Assembly: GCA_002633005.1 (NCBI GenBank)
Contig: NMRA01000032.1
Location: forward strand, 662,911 to 726,626
Reading direction: 5' to 3'
DNA length: 63,716 bases
Source of the DNA: Phoronis australis
Taxonomy: Eukaryota > Animalia > Phoronida
Positions 49,701 to 58,950 of the stretch are shown here, piece by piece. Positions within the stretch are counted from its first letter, which is position 1. Every line of letters starts with the position of its first letter. Position numbers and translations under genes: made by a program. Under the pieces are notes generated by a model. It was not told where the DNA came from. It saw only the letters and a program-made list of their open reading frames with translations, and searched no databases.

Positions 49701-52177
49701 CAGAGAGCTAGCAGAAGAGAGATTATTAGTACTTAAAAGTGTCTCCAAGATAACCGCAGATTTGTTCTTTTACAAAGTAAAATCAAAAATGTCACTTTCT
49801 TCAGTTTGATCATTTTAAAGTGTTTTACACTGTCTTGCACTGTTGTTTTTATTGTAGAGGAGACTGCTAGCCTTTTGGCAAACTTGGCTGAACTGGAGAG
49901 TCGAAAGAACATGGCTGTCAACAGCCATAGGGTGCTGACACCTAGTGAAGAGCAGGCGCTCAAGTTCTATTTGACCTTGCCCAAGGTCACTTATGTGACG
50001 GCAATGAACCTTGTGAATAATTTCAAATCCGTGAAAGACTTCTTACAGAGGTGAGAAAAGCTTCGCAGTAGTCACTGTATTGTTCATAAATGCTAGAAAA
50101 ATGTCCAATTTTGGCCAACTTTGGAATGTTGTGTCTCAGAAAATGCTGATCGGAATCTTTCAGATCATCATTCTTTATACACTGTTCTTCAAAACGCTGT
50201 TCAGGAATTGCTTTTACAATATTCCAGTGTTGCATGAGGGCTATCAAAAAATATGACTTGTATAATTTTTATGAAAAAATTTAAATTTGCATAGTACAAA
50301 AACAAAACCGTGTTCAGAAACCTGTAACTGTTGCAGCATTTTTGAGGTTTTATCTTGAAGATTCATATCGTACGAAATTTGGTCGTGTTATTGATCCTGT
50401 TGTTTTACTATGAATGTACCTCTAATTCTTTGTTGTTAAATTTTCTTAAAAAGTAAGGTCAGGTGAACTAACTAATGGGACTTTGGTATAACGTCAAACA
50501 CCGAAATTTATGGAATTTCTGCTCTCAGAAAATATGTTCTTTTGCTGAGTTAAATTCTACAGTTTTGGAAATATTTGGCTAAATATGTCCCAGACTTGTC
50601 AATTAGGGTGTGCATAACATTAGAGCTGCACTTTATCCTGTTCACCTCAATTTAAACATAACCAAAGACCCAGAGTTGTAATTTTGCATGGAGAGACATT
50701 TAAAAAAGTCGATTTGACGAAGATATTACTTTATCGTGTAGTGGCTAATTCTGTTAACAACGTGTGCCAGTACACAGGACCTCAAGCATACCAGTCATAT
50801 TTCATAGACCTGTTTTGCGTAAGTTACATAATTACATAATGCTAGCTGCCTAAGGTAAATGCAGTTCCAGTGAAAACCACATTTATTTTGAACATGCGGA
50901 CAGCTGAGGCTGTGTAATCTTAGGAAATGGTCATTGTGTCATGTGACTCGCCTATTTTTGAATGGAAGTTTGTACGCGCCACTTTCGAATTTCAGGGTTG
51001 GCCATCACCAATAAAATCGGTAATTTTGTGGTGCGTTTTGTGATGCCTTCGTTGAGGGTTTTATGTTCTTGGTAAAATACAATCATTTTTTGAAAGTAGT
51101 AAGAGTGTAAAATTTGATTTTTGACTTTTTACCAGTCTGGCATTGACTGGATCACATGAAGATAATGTTTTTAGTAAGTTTAAGCTAAAAACAGGGTTCA
51201 TTCAAAGCAAAACGATGGTATCAATGAAATGGCCAAATTACTTTATTTTTAATATTCAAGATAGAATTTTAAAAATGATGTTTCAATTTTCTAATTCGTT
51301 TCATTTTCAATTTTTTTCACAAAAATCTTGAGTCAGACTTTTTGTTATTAGCAACTCATGTCAAAGGGAAACATTTCAAAAAGCAACTTGTGCTTCGCAT
51401 GAAGTACTGTTACATGAAATTTTCTTTGAATCCTGTGAGCCATTGCTGAGACGTGTTGTTACGAATTAGCCAAATTTAGACATTTTTAGGGTCTTGCATA
51501 AACTTTAATGCAATGTAAGACATTAGATAATGGCCAAATTGGCTTCTTTTGGTGCGTCATATCTCAGAAATGATGAATTGGAATCAAATGAAATTTTCGG
51601 ATTCTACGCTAAAATGTACTGTTCTCCAGCATGCTGTTAGGAAATTGTTTTAAAATGTTTCACTTTTGCATGAAGTTATCAAAAGTAGGACAAAAGTAGG
51701 ACTTTTATGATTTTTACGAAAAAAAAATTCATGAGAATGAAGTGATAATTTAGAAAACTGGAACAGCTTTTTTGAGATTTATTTTGGACATTTACATCAG
51801 ATGAAATTTGGTCATGTTGTTGATGTTTGGCTATGAATGTACTATTATAACTCTTTTTACTAAATTTCACTGAAAATACATGTTCACAAGACCCAAGTGG
51901 TTGTGGTGTCGTATGAAGTTAAAAATCAAATTTTTTAATAATCTTTTTCTGCTTTCAGAAAATATACTTTAAATTTGGTGAGTTAAATTCTGTTGTTCTG
52001 TTGACCTTTGACTGAATTCATAGACCTGTCATTACGGTCATTAAGTAGTTAACCTGTTGTCCTTGTACTTCCAGTTCAGAGACTGACATTGTTAAGAAGG
52101 CAGTTGTAAGCCTGAACAGCGCACGTTTGCTGTATAGCCAAATTCGGCGAAGGTTCAACCCTCAGATGTTGCCATAG
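1674..52177 (+). CDS. FANCM: Fanconi anemia group M protein (DEAH translocase + ERCC4/HhH2), complete 26-exon gene, about 2335 aa
   Basis: join(1674-1752,2306-3037,3594-3766,4653-4730,6158-6316,7758-7889,9912-10129,29140-29252,30055-30221,31297-31503,32269-32485,34473-34615,35100-35253,35911-38361,39379-39563,40384-40492,41233-41300,42014-42167,42637-42819,43703-44298,45415-45483,45832-45946,46982-47111,48340-48419,49858-50050,52075-52177). All introns are GT-AG, phases are compatible, total 7008 nt. Motifs: [12 protein letters not shown] start, [55 protein letters not shown]-terminal FNPQMLP*. Confidence 0.95.
2306..3037 (+). CDS. FANCM: FANCM exon 2 (N-terminal region, helicase motifs I/Ia)
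   Basis: [42 protein letters not shown]; ttcag / gtatgc boundaries. Confidence 0.95.
3190..3460. mobile_element. Tc1/mariner-like MITE relic; related pieces at about 33010-33160 (+) and 44380-44535 (-)
   Basis: Shared core ctcatgaccgagaatga..ggaattaa and cagt.caag.caaaa...gacaaaat terminus. Confidence 0.55.
3594..3766 (+). CDS. FANCM: FANCM exon 3 (DEAH motif II)
   Basis: [12 protein letters not shown]...[16 protein letters not shown]; ttgcag / gtgact. Confidence 0.95.
4653..4730 (+). CDS. FANCM: FANCM exon 4 (motif III SAT)
   Basis: [26 protein letters not shown]; ttgtag / gtaagt. Confidence 0.95.
6158..6316 (+). CDS. FANCM: FANCM exon 5
   Basis: [38 protein letters not shown]...; ctccag / gtacga. 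Confidence 0.92.
6450..6720. repeat. Degenerate trinucleotide (ACA/ACG/TGA) low-complexity tract
   Basis: gacaacaacg / tgacgacg periodicity. Confidence 0.6.
7062..7558. mobile_element. MITE with CAGGGCTTG-type terminal inverted repeats
   Basis: Left end CAGGGCTTGAAAT, right end ATTCCAAGCCGTG (11/13 match); GTCGAT directly repeated on both flanks; GC-richer than the intron. Confidence 0.7.
7758..7889 (+). CDS. FANCM: FANCM exon 6 (helicase insertion domain)
   Basis: ILEHIVQRL...[18 protein letters not shown]; ttacag / gtaggc. Confidence 0.92.
8378..9500 (+). mobile_element. Degenerate Helentron-like non-autonomous element (HINE/DINE-1 type)
   Basis: 5' gtgcccccatata...gcgcatt...cgtctccgtctgtccg, decayed ccctagtg monomers, 3' aggcgcatat; related to 21613 and 33190. 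Confidence 0.6.
9912..10129 (+). CDS. FANCM: FANCM exon 7
   Basis: [30 protein letters not shown]; tttcag / gtaagt. Confidence 0.93.
10161..10550 (+). mobile_element. Helentron-like element 5' end (short variant)
   Basis: tttttatgtgcccacatattta...cgcatt...cgtctccgtctgtccgtccgtccggcgtccg head shared with 21613/33190; 3' limit uncertain. Confidence 0.55.
11545..11697. mobile_element. MITE-like fragment with subterminal repeats
   Basis: Two copies of taagygcccatgt..ggttaacc.cccaccc about 53 bp apart, ending in ...tttacggTA, a pogo/Tc1-like terminus. Confidence 0.4.
13507..15251 (-). CDS. Nested gene A: secreted coiled-coil + CASPR/Neurexin-IV-type fibrinogen-like domain protein, 318 aa, 2 exons
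   Basis: join(15251-14891,14102-13507), phase-1 intron gtgagt...ttacag, 957 nt. Signal-like [19 protein letters not shown]; C-terminal YIIDPDG, CEQFI, YYWGG...KCACG...CNCDA...DSG.L...LPVT...GD...LGPLRC as in CNTNAP/Neurexin IV. Confidence 0.88.
15291..15297 (-). promoter_or_regulatory. TATA-like box (TATTTAA) of nested gene A
   Basis: 40 nt upstream of the ATG; the same heptamer lies upstream of gene B although the flanks have diverged. Confidence 0.45.
16165..16800 (-). mobile_element. Solo LTR, 636 bp
   Basis: TGTAAC...GTTACA termini; left flank ATAT, right flank ATAA (ATAT in the duplicate copy at 18985); TATAAA (16373-68) then AATAAA (16270-65) on the - strand. Confidence 0.65.
16724..21543 (+). 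repeat. Direct duplication 16724-18906 / 18908-21543, joined by a single N
   Basis: Both copies start tacgtaatg and end gtgtgagctac; identical ORF-track peptides at 18056/20693 and 18570/21207; copy 2 has about 450 bp extra (about 19248-19703). Confidence 0.93.
21613..23368 (+). mobile_element. Helentron-like non-autonomous element with an internal array of about 11 x 150-bp monomers
   Basis: 5' TTTTTATGCGCCCAC, GTCY-rich stretch, monomers with a CCTAGTGG core, 3' GTGGGCATAT subterminal inverted repeat plus small hairpin (caacgc-tct-gtgttg), inserted in a T run with no TSD. Confidence 0.8.
23473..25769 (-). CDS. Nested gene B: paralogue of A with a longer coiled coil, 409 aa, 2 exons
   Basis: join(25769-25136,24068-23473), phase-1 intron gtgagt...ttgcag, 1230 nt; signal-like [19 protein letters not shown]; exon 2 is 596 nt, as in gene A. 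Confidence 0.88.
24230..24800 (+). repeat. Dispersed repeat family; related segments at about 41690-41950, 50100-50600, 51530-52010 and 6830-7055
   Basis: Shared words cagtaag.at..tggcgtggtgct, gtcattagtgcaa, tcagaaatg....t.g..atc, gagttaaa.tct. Confidence 0.5.
25422..25610 (-). repeat. Coding tandem repeat, 3 x 63 bp (21 aa, three heptads) in gene B
   Basis: Units start at 25422, 25485 and 25548 (ttccaactg...); they encode (L)[20 protein letters not shown]. Confidence 0.95.
25797..25803 (-). promoter_or_regulatory. TATA-like box (TATTTAA) of nested gene B
   Basis: 28 nt upstream of the ATG; matches the gene A element. Confidence 0.4.
27509..27660 (+). repeat. Tandem duplication, 2 x about 74 bp
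   Basis: aagaatattcagctgaacacacgtgcaaattac...ttaacagaaga at 27509 and 27583. Confidence 0.9.
27922..28860 (+). repeat. Diverged third copy of the segment at about 19159-20410 (upstream region of the nested genes)
   Basis: Collinear blocks: atagatc.caaat, aagctggactcc, gcaaggtcaaa..gaaaccaaaa.tggaacatgcagtctgg, gaaacttgaag. Confidence 0.8.
29140..29252 (+). CDS. FANCM: FANCM exon 8
   Basis: [17 protein letters not shown]; phase-2 junction across the 19-kb intron; ttccaag / gtgaga. Confidence 0.9.
30055..30221 (+). CDS. FANCM: FANCM exon 9 (motif IV)
   Basis: [16 protein letters not shown]...FVGQS...GFTQKEQLQ; tandem AAGAAG acceptor, so it may start at 30058. Confidence 0.93.
31297..31503 (+). 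CDS. FANCM: FANCM exon 10 (motifs V/VI)
   Basis: [47 protein letters not shown]. Confidence 0.96.
31680..32290 (+). repeat. 54-bp minisatellite ending inside FANCM exon 11
   Basis: Three near-perfect units at about 31900-32058 (agagccagtactccataacacaatgttcatcacttatcctgcaggtttacaact) with decayed units on both sides. Confidence 0.9.
32269..32485 (+). CDS. FANCM: FANCM exon 11
   Basis: [16 protein letters not shown]...[19 protein letters not shown]; ctacag / gtaggc (3' end less certain). Confidence 0.88.
33190..34361 (+). mobile_element. Second copy of the Helentron-like element, with a shorter array
   Basis: Same termini (tttttatgcgcccacatattta ... gggcgcatttcaatgttctgcattgctcttgt) and the same monomers. 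Confidence 0.8.
34473..34615 (+). CDS. FANCM: FANCM exon 12 (MHF-interacting region)
   Basis: [16 protein letters not shown]; tttcag / gtaaat. Confidence 0.88.
35100..35253 (+). CDS. FANCM: FANCM exon 13 (MHF-interacting region)
   Basis: [34 protein letters not shown]; tcacag / gtatgg. Confidence 0.9.
35911..38361 (+). CDS. FANCM: FANCM exon 14, giant 2451-nt exon encoding the disordered centre with an MM2-like FDLGF motif
   Basis: Contains the 815-aa ORF 35943-38390; ttttag acceptor in frame; donor gtaata at 38362; [10 protein letters not shown] at about 37866-37895. Confidence 0.9.
39379..39563 (+). CDS. FANCM: FANCM exon 15
   Basis: [15 protein letters not shown]...SP...[11 protein letters not shown]; phases fit. 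Confidence 0.8.
40010..40320 (+). repeat. Dispersed repeat; second copy at about 50940-51180
   Basis: gtgact.gc.tatttttgaatgg...cgcca.tttcgaatttcag.gttggcca...ccaataaaa in both. Confidence 0.65.
40384..40492 (+). CDS. FANCM: FANCM exon 16
   Basis: KVAFSSDES...DDGDEDDF; tttcag / gtacca; phases fit. Confidence 0.72.
41233..41300 (+). CDS. FANCM: FANCM exon 17 (small)
   Basis: [23 protein letters not shown]; ttgtag / gtatac; supplies the phase 1 to phase 0 change needed between its neighbours. Confidence 0.65.
42014..42167 (+). CDS. FANCM: FANCM exon 18 (acidic MM3-like)
   Basis: [17 protein letters not shown]...SFINDCTQ. Confidence 0.88.
42637..42819 (+). CDS. FANCM: FANCM exon 19
   Basis: [13 protein letters not shown]...EYLEDSFCV. 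Confidence 0.9.
43703..44298 (+). CDS. FANCM: FANCM exon 20
   Basis: [15 protein letters not shown]... within ORF 43651-44352; ttttag / gtgagc. Confidence 0.85.
45415..45483 (+). CDS. FANCM: FANCM exon 21 (start of ERCC4 domain, VDSRE)
   Basis: [15 protein letters not shown]; tttcag / gtagca. Confidence 0.88.
45832..45946 (+). CDS. FANCM: FANCM exon 22 (ERCC4 core)
   Basis: LISSLR...[20 protein letters not shown]. Confidence 0.93.
46982..47111 (+). CDS. FANCM: FANCM exon 23
   Basis: (D)[10 protein letters not shown]...[13 protein letters not shown]; ttacag / gtatgt. Confidence 0.9.
48340..48419 (+). CDS. FANCM: FANCM exon 24
   Basis: [25 protein letters not shown]. Confidence 0.9.
49858..50050 (+). 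CDS. FANCM: FANCM exon 25 (HhH2)
   Basis: [14 protein letters not shown]...[19 protein letters not shown]. Confidence 0.92.
52075..52177 (+). CDS. FANCM: FANCM exon 26 (terminal coding exon)
   Basis: SETDIVKKA...RRFNPQMLP*; ttccag acceptor; stop TAG at 52175-77. Confidence 0.88.
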
Positions 52178-52689
52178 TAACTGTGATTTCCAAGGAAGTG
52201 AAACTCTACCTCAGTGGAAACTTATCCAGATTATCGTGAGAAGAATTCTTCCTTGTTCGTGTGTTATTGTGTAGCGGGCTTTTGATTTAAAATTTGTAGA
52301 CTTAAGGTAAGGCTCATGTTCAGATCAAATTAAAATTTTGTTCTTTCTAAGTGAGTCTTGAATCCATTACTTATTGACAGTGCAATATGATTTTGTTGTT
52401 GAGGTTGATGACAAATGTCAACTGATTTTGAGGTAATGTGTGTTAATTGTTCTAATATCCCAGTAGAGGGAGTTGTTCATCATTTAACTTATTGCTTTCA
52501 CTGAGCATCAGCTACAGGATGAATGTGAGTATTTATTTTTGTCTCAATGAGACTTCAGTTGTATATTTTGTTTCAAAATTACTCCCTTTCTTTGTGCACA
52601 GTAAGTAATTCGTTGTTTATTTGTTCAAGTGTATATGTTTACTTCTCGTAAATAGTCCTCCAGCCATTTATTTTTGCATGCTCATCATG

Positions 52690-52863
52690 TCAAAAACTGA
52701 CTTAATTTTGGTCTAAGTTAAGATCAATGACCGAAATCAAACTTTGTGTTCATGCAGCGGTCTTTTCTGAGTTTTCGTTTTCGGTCTTAACTTAATCCGA
52801 ATTTTGGTCCTAACTTAGACGATTTTTGTTGTTTTAAGTCAGTGTTCTTGAAACGGGCCCCAG
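52690..52863. mobile_element. MITE relic in the probable FANCM 3' UTR
   Basis: Inverted arms actgacttaa...gtctaagtta versus taacttagac...ttaagtcagt; ends in gaaacgggccccag. Confidence 0.45.
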
Positions 52864-53624
52864 GTCCCAAAATAAGACAGTTTATAGTCCACTGAACCAA
52901 CTTTGCTTTTGAACATACACACTGTTTGATTGGGGTACTCTCTCTTCTCTTTACAGTCGTCTTCAAATACTTTCACCCTGACAATAACAGTGTCAATTAG
53001 TCCTAGTATATTGTTACATTGCTATTGTTGTTCCTGAATCATCTCAGTCTTTTCTAAAAACAAGTGACATGACATCCATTTTGGACTTAGCTATGAGGTG
53101 GAATGCTTTTCTAAGTTTGTGTGTCTGAATTTTGATATCACTGTTTGTTACATGTCATACATTGTATGTAATTGAGAAAAATGGTTGATATATATGTAAG
53201 AATCACTAGAGACTTGTCACATTTACAATACCACTATTTTTTCCTTATAAAATAAGTGGTGAGGGAGTTTCTTTAGAAATGGTAGGAGGGTTTACTGTTG
53301 TGCTTTAAAGTGTCCATTAGTCCTTGTCTGTTTCATGAAGTGTGTTTTAAGACTTAGGACAGAAATTAGGCCATAGGCTCCACACAACTATTTCTGAAAA
53401 TTAATTGATTCTCATTTGAGCAAAAGTACGTTTCTCAGAATATGCACATCAATGCTAGTAACTGAGATAATTTCTATAAATTGTTTCTCGACTGTGAAGT
53501 GTTTGTAATTACTTGTCTAAACCTCTTTTCAGGAATTGTGAAGCTGTAGGGTGACACCATATTTTTGAAATTCAGGTACTGCTGGTGAATATCTTTGTTG
53601 ACGTGGCAATTAAATATGTGAAAC

Positions 53625-53630
53625 AATAAA
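53625..53630 (+). terminator. Candidate FANCM polyadenylation signal AATAAA
   Basis: AATAAA preceded by ATTAAA and followed by a T/GT-rich tract, about 1.45 kb after the stop; not verified. Confidence 0.35.
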
Positions 53631-54338
53631 CAATTGTATCACTTTTCTGTGGTCTTGACAAGAGTTTAAACGTTTTCCATGAAAACAAAGAATTACAAAA
53701 TGGTGTCTCTGCTGAGTTGAAACCTTTTACGCCACACTACAATACATTCTTTCTTTGCTAATCTTTTTCAGTCTCTTGAATGCATTTGCTGTTTTAGACT
53801 GAAAGGTATTCTCTCTTTCAGTTGTATAGAACAAGTCACGAGTATCATTTCTTAGAGTTCAGTAGCGCTAGGACCTATGCTAGGTCCTAGCCATACTGAA
53901 CTCAGGCCAGTCTTACCTAGTCTCAGGTACTACAAGGGTATATGTTCTGACAAATAGTATACTTTAATGTTATGAGTATAAGTCTTTGCCTGTATTCTGC
54001 ATTTTCTTAGTCATACTTTTCTTGTGAGCCCACTTCGGTCACAAATCACGAAAGTTATTTTTACTCCTTGACAGGTGGCTTGAGAAATGCACTTGACACA
54101 ATTTGCAAAAGCTAAACATCTGTTTAGGACTGAGTTTCGTGTGCAACGAATTTTGTTACTGAGAAAAGAAATTTGTCCTTGTCAAAATACCATTGTATTT
54201 CGTGGGCGAGGAAGACCTGTGTCCAACCTTTTAAAAACGCATGCTTACAAGTTAAAAAAGTCACATGTTTCGAGAGGGCGATTTGATGTGATTGCTTTTC
54301 TTTTTATTGAATTAAAAAAGTCTGCAATATTAATTAAC

Positions 54339-55879
54339 TCAGTTTTTTATTTGCGGTAGACTGCAGACAGCCTTAGTTCTCCTCAGGGGTATTTCACGGT
54401 ACTCGTGAGGTCGTTCTATGGGTGTGCTTTTCGTTACGGTGGGTATTAGTTTTTCGTAACGACACTTCGGGTTTTTATTGGCATACTGTTCATGATGTTG
54501 CGTTTGCATAGCTGATTGATTGACAACTTCTGCTGAGTTTTGTTTCTGAACTTCCGCGATCACAGTAGACTTAAGCGCTTCTCCCTTTTGGCGAACTTCC
54601 TTTGCGTCCTTGCGAGTTATCTTGGTTGCGTCAATGCACGCGTATGGCGGTTCCTTCTTATGGTAAGTTTGCGATACATCTTGCATTTTACTTCGTCTAC
54701 GAATGTACTCATTCTTCTGATACTCGTGGTATTCGGCGTGAGAGCAAGGGACTCCTCTGGGAGGCGCTCCTCGTGGCCTCTCGGGTAACGTGACGTGTGG
54801 GTCCCAGTAGTTCTTTTGCTTTTGTCCCTTCGTCAGGTGTTTCCTTAGAAATTCTTTTTTTCTGTAGTGGTGGTATTCGGCATGTGAACACGGCATCCCT
54901 TTCTCCGGTGCCCCACGCTGTTTTCTGTGCCCTTCGGTGCGTAGATGCATCAGTCGGTTTTTCGTCTGCATAGTTTCTCCTTGTTCGCTATATTCTCTCC
55001 TGTGTTTCAGCGCCCGCTCTGTTGTTCCTGGTGGTCGAATACCGATATTTTGTGCCGAGTACTTGCGTTCTATGTGAAGAGGAACGACTGAACTTAAAAA
55101 CTTTCGCGGACAGTTCCCTTTGTTCGCGTTGTACCTCTTTAAGAATGAGTAGCTCGACATTCGTTTCACCAGTCGTGGAAGCAGGTGCGTTTCTTCGCGG
55201 AGGTTCAAATATTCCTGTTCTTTGGCAGCGATCTTATTTTGAAGATTTGTATAGTTCAGTACAGTATGCTCGTCCACCGGTGCATCTTCTAGAGCCTTAT
55301 TGATTTGGTTTTGGAACGTACTGGTGTTTGGTGAAACGTTTCCGGCATGACTGTGGAAATTCCAATTCGTCAATTGGGAATTTAAAACATCAAGACCTTC
55401 TCTGGCGTGAACGGTCTTAAGTCTGTTCTCGCGTGCGCGCCCCTGAAGCTCAGCGACTTCCTTCAGAAGTGTTGTGTAGCTGACTGCTTTTTCCTGCTGT
55501 AAATCATCGAGGTATTTCTCAAGCCGTCTTTTTTCCGACTGTCGAGACTTCATAATCGTGTCTTTTGCCCTGTCCATTGTCTTGTGAATTTCAACGAGTT
55601 TGCGATTTTGCGCTTTTCTGTACACGTCTACTCTATGAGCATCCTTAGCTTTCAATTCTTTGCTAAATTTTAGTTGACATCTGTCTCCGCACGCCCTTGT
55701 TGCCTCCTTCGCCGCCGGTACAACTTGCTTTAGCAGTTGATCCTCTGAAATGAACAGAACCCACTCGTCTGTAAAACTGTAACTTTATAAAACTTTGAGG
55801 GAATTGGACGATTACTAACTATTGAGTACGTACGCGAATGTGTGTCCTTGATGTCGCCAGTTTCATCCACGCTAAACAT
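54339..55879 (-). CDS. Uncharacterised basic protein with N-terminal coiled coil and duplicated PCSHAEYH motif, about 483 aa
   Basis: The 438-aa ORF stays open up to an acceptor ttcag (exon starts at 55744). A small upstream exon 55879-55834 (MFSVDETGDIKDTHS) with a phase-1 gtacgt donor joins in frame (1452 nt). The start exon is less certain than the main exon; family not recognised. Confidence 0.7.
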
Positions 55880-58800
55880 GCTGGCAAATTTGTGTCGCAA
55901 AACATGCTCCACATAGGCAAGAATGGCGAAGAGATTTCTTTTTATTCCTAGAAATTAAAGTCGCGTGCCAGAGATCGTGTCTTGGTAAAACGTGGAACGC
56001 AAAAGCATAAATTGGGTTTAATGAAAATTTGCGAATGGTTGACCTTGGTTATTGATCGCTGAGCCGAGTTATGCGAGTTTCATCATGCAGTAGCCGGTTG
56101 CTTGAAACAGTGACAATAGGGACTGCACGACCCAAATCTGTTGTTCATTTGAGATGGGGACTTTATTTACTTTTCTGTTGTTTCATTTTTCCTGTATCTG
56201 AAATCTCAAGTTTTAGTTCACTATAATTAGAGACGTGCTTAGTGAAAGTTTACATGTTATGTCACCACTCGAGGGTTTGCCTAGGGTTTTGGAAATGATG
56301 ATGATTCATGACAGGGGGCCGGGGGTTACATGGGCGGCGCAGCACTGAAAAAAGTGGGGGGCTACAGCCCCCTATGGTGCGCTGCCCATTCATCGTGTGG
56401 TTTGTTCGAATATCTCCATGAGAGTACGATTTGATTGTTGAAATGGTGAACTTTATTTCATTGTAAGATATAACAGCTGCAAAAGCAAATAACGATTAAA
56501 GATATTGCTTTCTCATTAGAATCATAAGACGGAATTTCTAACGAACTGTCGGTTCTTCCAAATACACGAGACGTTAGCTGTGATCTCTTACTTAAATGCT
56601 GTAGGAGGGTTTATATCATGATGACGAGTGATTGCAAACGGGGAGGGGGGTTGAAATGACAAATTTTGGACAACCATAGCCTAATATACGGATAACTTAA
56701 GGCGGGGTGTCAGAGACAGTTTTTCCCGAAAGTTCTAGTGCTATTTGGGTCTCGTTTTATTAATAATCCTCTTTATGTAAGACCGGCCACAACTTATACT
56801 CCAGACTTGCAACAGTATAGGACTTCCACGGATCCGTTAATCATCGAGAGCGTACCTTTTTAAAATTCTATCTCACGACTCCCCCTGCCGTCAAAATATT
56901 GACGGATAATAGTGTGCAAGCGGCCAAACAGCAGAAAAGATATTTTCGAAATGTTATTTGTAATTGGAGTGTGTGAAAGATCACAATTAGATTGTCGGGA
57001 AATTTGATGATAACCCTATTTTGCAGTGTGATGTAAACGGAGAACGCCATTGAAAGATCAAATAGCAGGCGTTAATTAAAATTATAGGTTTGTAGTTCCC
57101 TTAGCCTGGCAATCCATGAAATTTGTACGCGACTTGAAACATTTTACCTATAATTCGACATAAGAACATTCTTTGCGCTGTGAAAACGACAATTGAACTT
57201 GCGCACTTCAAGGTATGTAAAGTTGACTATCTAAGAGAGGGCCGGAATGACCAATGACAAAAAGAGCCAAAATTTCCCAGGTGACGTGTTGTTCCACAAA
57301 TAAATAGGCTTGTTACTGAAATAAACGTTTTTGCGTAAATAAAGTCAAAATAATGATAAAAAGAGACGAAAAAAGAGGACACTAGAAATCATCAAATTGA
57401 AATCAAAAAGAGGAAATTATCTTAAAAGAAGAAAAATCCAAGTCCTGCTCAGAGGAAGACGAATGAAACGGAGTATATTTTCGTTCTCACCGACTCATGG
57501 TTGCCATGGAGTCCACCCGTTCTTTCAATCCCAGTTGTTCACACGATACTGTGCCAAATTTATATTTCTCGCCATTTGAGTAGAAATAGTACACGTTTCT
57601 CTTCTGTGCAGTGTGAGAGCGGCTCCCTCCATCGAAATACGAATAAAAGCTATTAACACCATGCCACGGCTATCAGACGTATTTTGCTCTTGAAAAGTGA
57701 CGTCACTGCGTCCTTATACTTTATTTAAGTTGGGCTACTGCAAATCACTTGGAATTTTCCTGTCAGCAATATGCGTTAACTACCCGGTTGCAAGTTTTGT
57801 CAAAACCTTAAATACCTTTTCAAATCTGAAAGAACCAGGTGAGGCCGATTTATACGAGTAGATCTAATTGTCCTATGTCAAGCGTCGGGTTTTTTTTTGG
57901 AAGGCGCGGGTTCATTGCCGGACCAGCGTTATAACCCAGAAATTGCGACATTTATAATCGAACACAAGTTGGTCGTAAAACGTGATCGAGACTTTACGAT
58001 CACTACAGAGCGAGCTACTACCAGTCTTACGACCTGCTTCCCGATCCTACCCAACGTGACGGTCAGCAATTCGTATTGCTTTCTCCAGCCTAATATTTGT
58101 TAACACTGAAAATGTTGTCCAGGAATATCATAGCCCAAGCTCACTGTTTTTTACAAAGGCACTCCAGGTGAACGTGCGATGTTATGCGGGAGTAGTCTAC
58201 AACGGTTTCTGGACGGGCCAAGGATCATATTAGGTCGAAAGCTCAAGCCTGGTTGTAACATTTCTACGAGGGCGATGCGTCATTTTTTAAGAGGGAAACA
58301 TAACTATTGACACCACCGTCTGCGCAGCCGGAAATGAATTAGGATACCATGTCCTCTAGCCTGAAAGGGCCAAAACTTGGCAGCAAAACATGTTAAATGA
58401 AAACGCTGGACATTGGCTACTTCAGACAGACAATACTGAAAAATCAATTAAAGAAACTAAAGGCTTCTTCTACTCATCTCAAAAGGAGAATAGTTAGCTC
58501 TGGAGAATGGTGGAATATTTCTTAGTTTCAAAGCTTGTGGATACCATGGGCAGATTTCGGGGAACATTTTGAATACCCAACTGTCACACTTAAAGCACAG
58601 ATTAATGCACATTCATAGGTGTCTGCTTGAGAATATAATGTTTGTCAAGTATTTTTTAAACTTTTAAATTTATTGTTTGTAATAAACAGAGTCACATAAT
58701 ATTATTAAAATATATATCTCTACTTTTTGACGAGTATATGTCCTTTAGAGAGATATTCTTAGGACCAACTGAACCAGCAAAAGTGTAAGACACAATAGTA

Positions 58801-58950
58801 AGCAGAAACAACATTGAAAGTCAAATTATAAATTCCCACAACTTCCATTTGGAATGTTGCATTTTCAAAGTCTTGTTCATGGTTAAGAAATCTCTTAACA
58901 AGCTGGACTGACTACTGCTCTTTTCCCTAAATCTTTCTCTTTCCAAGTAT

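Noticed and set aside
56270-56680. Possible MITE around gggggctacagcccc
   Set aside because: The terminal inverted repeats are too weak to define the ends by eye.
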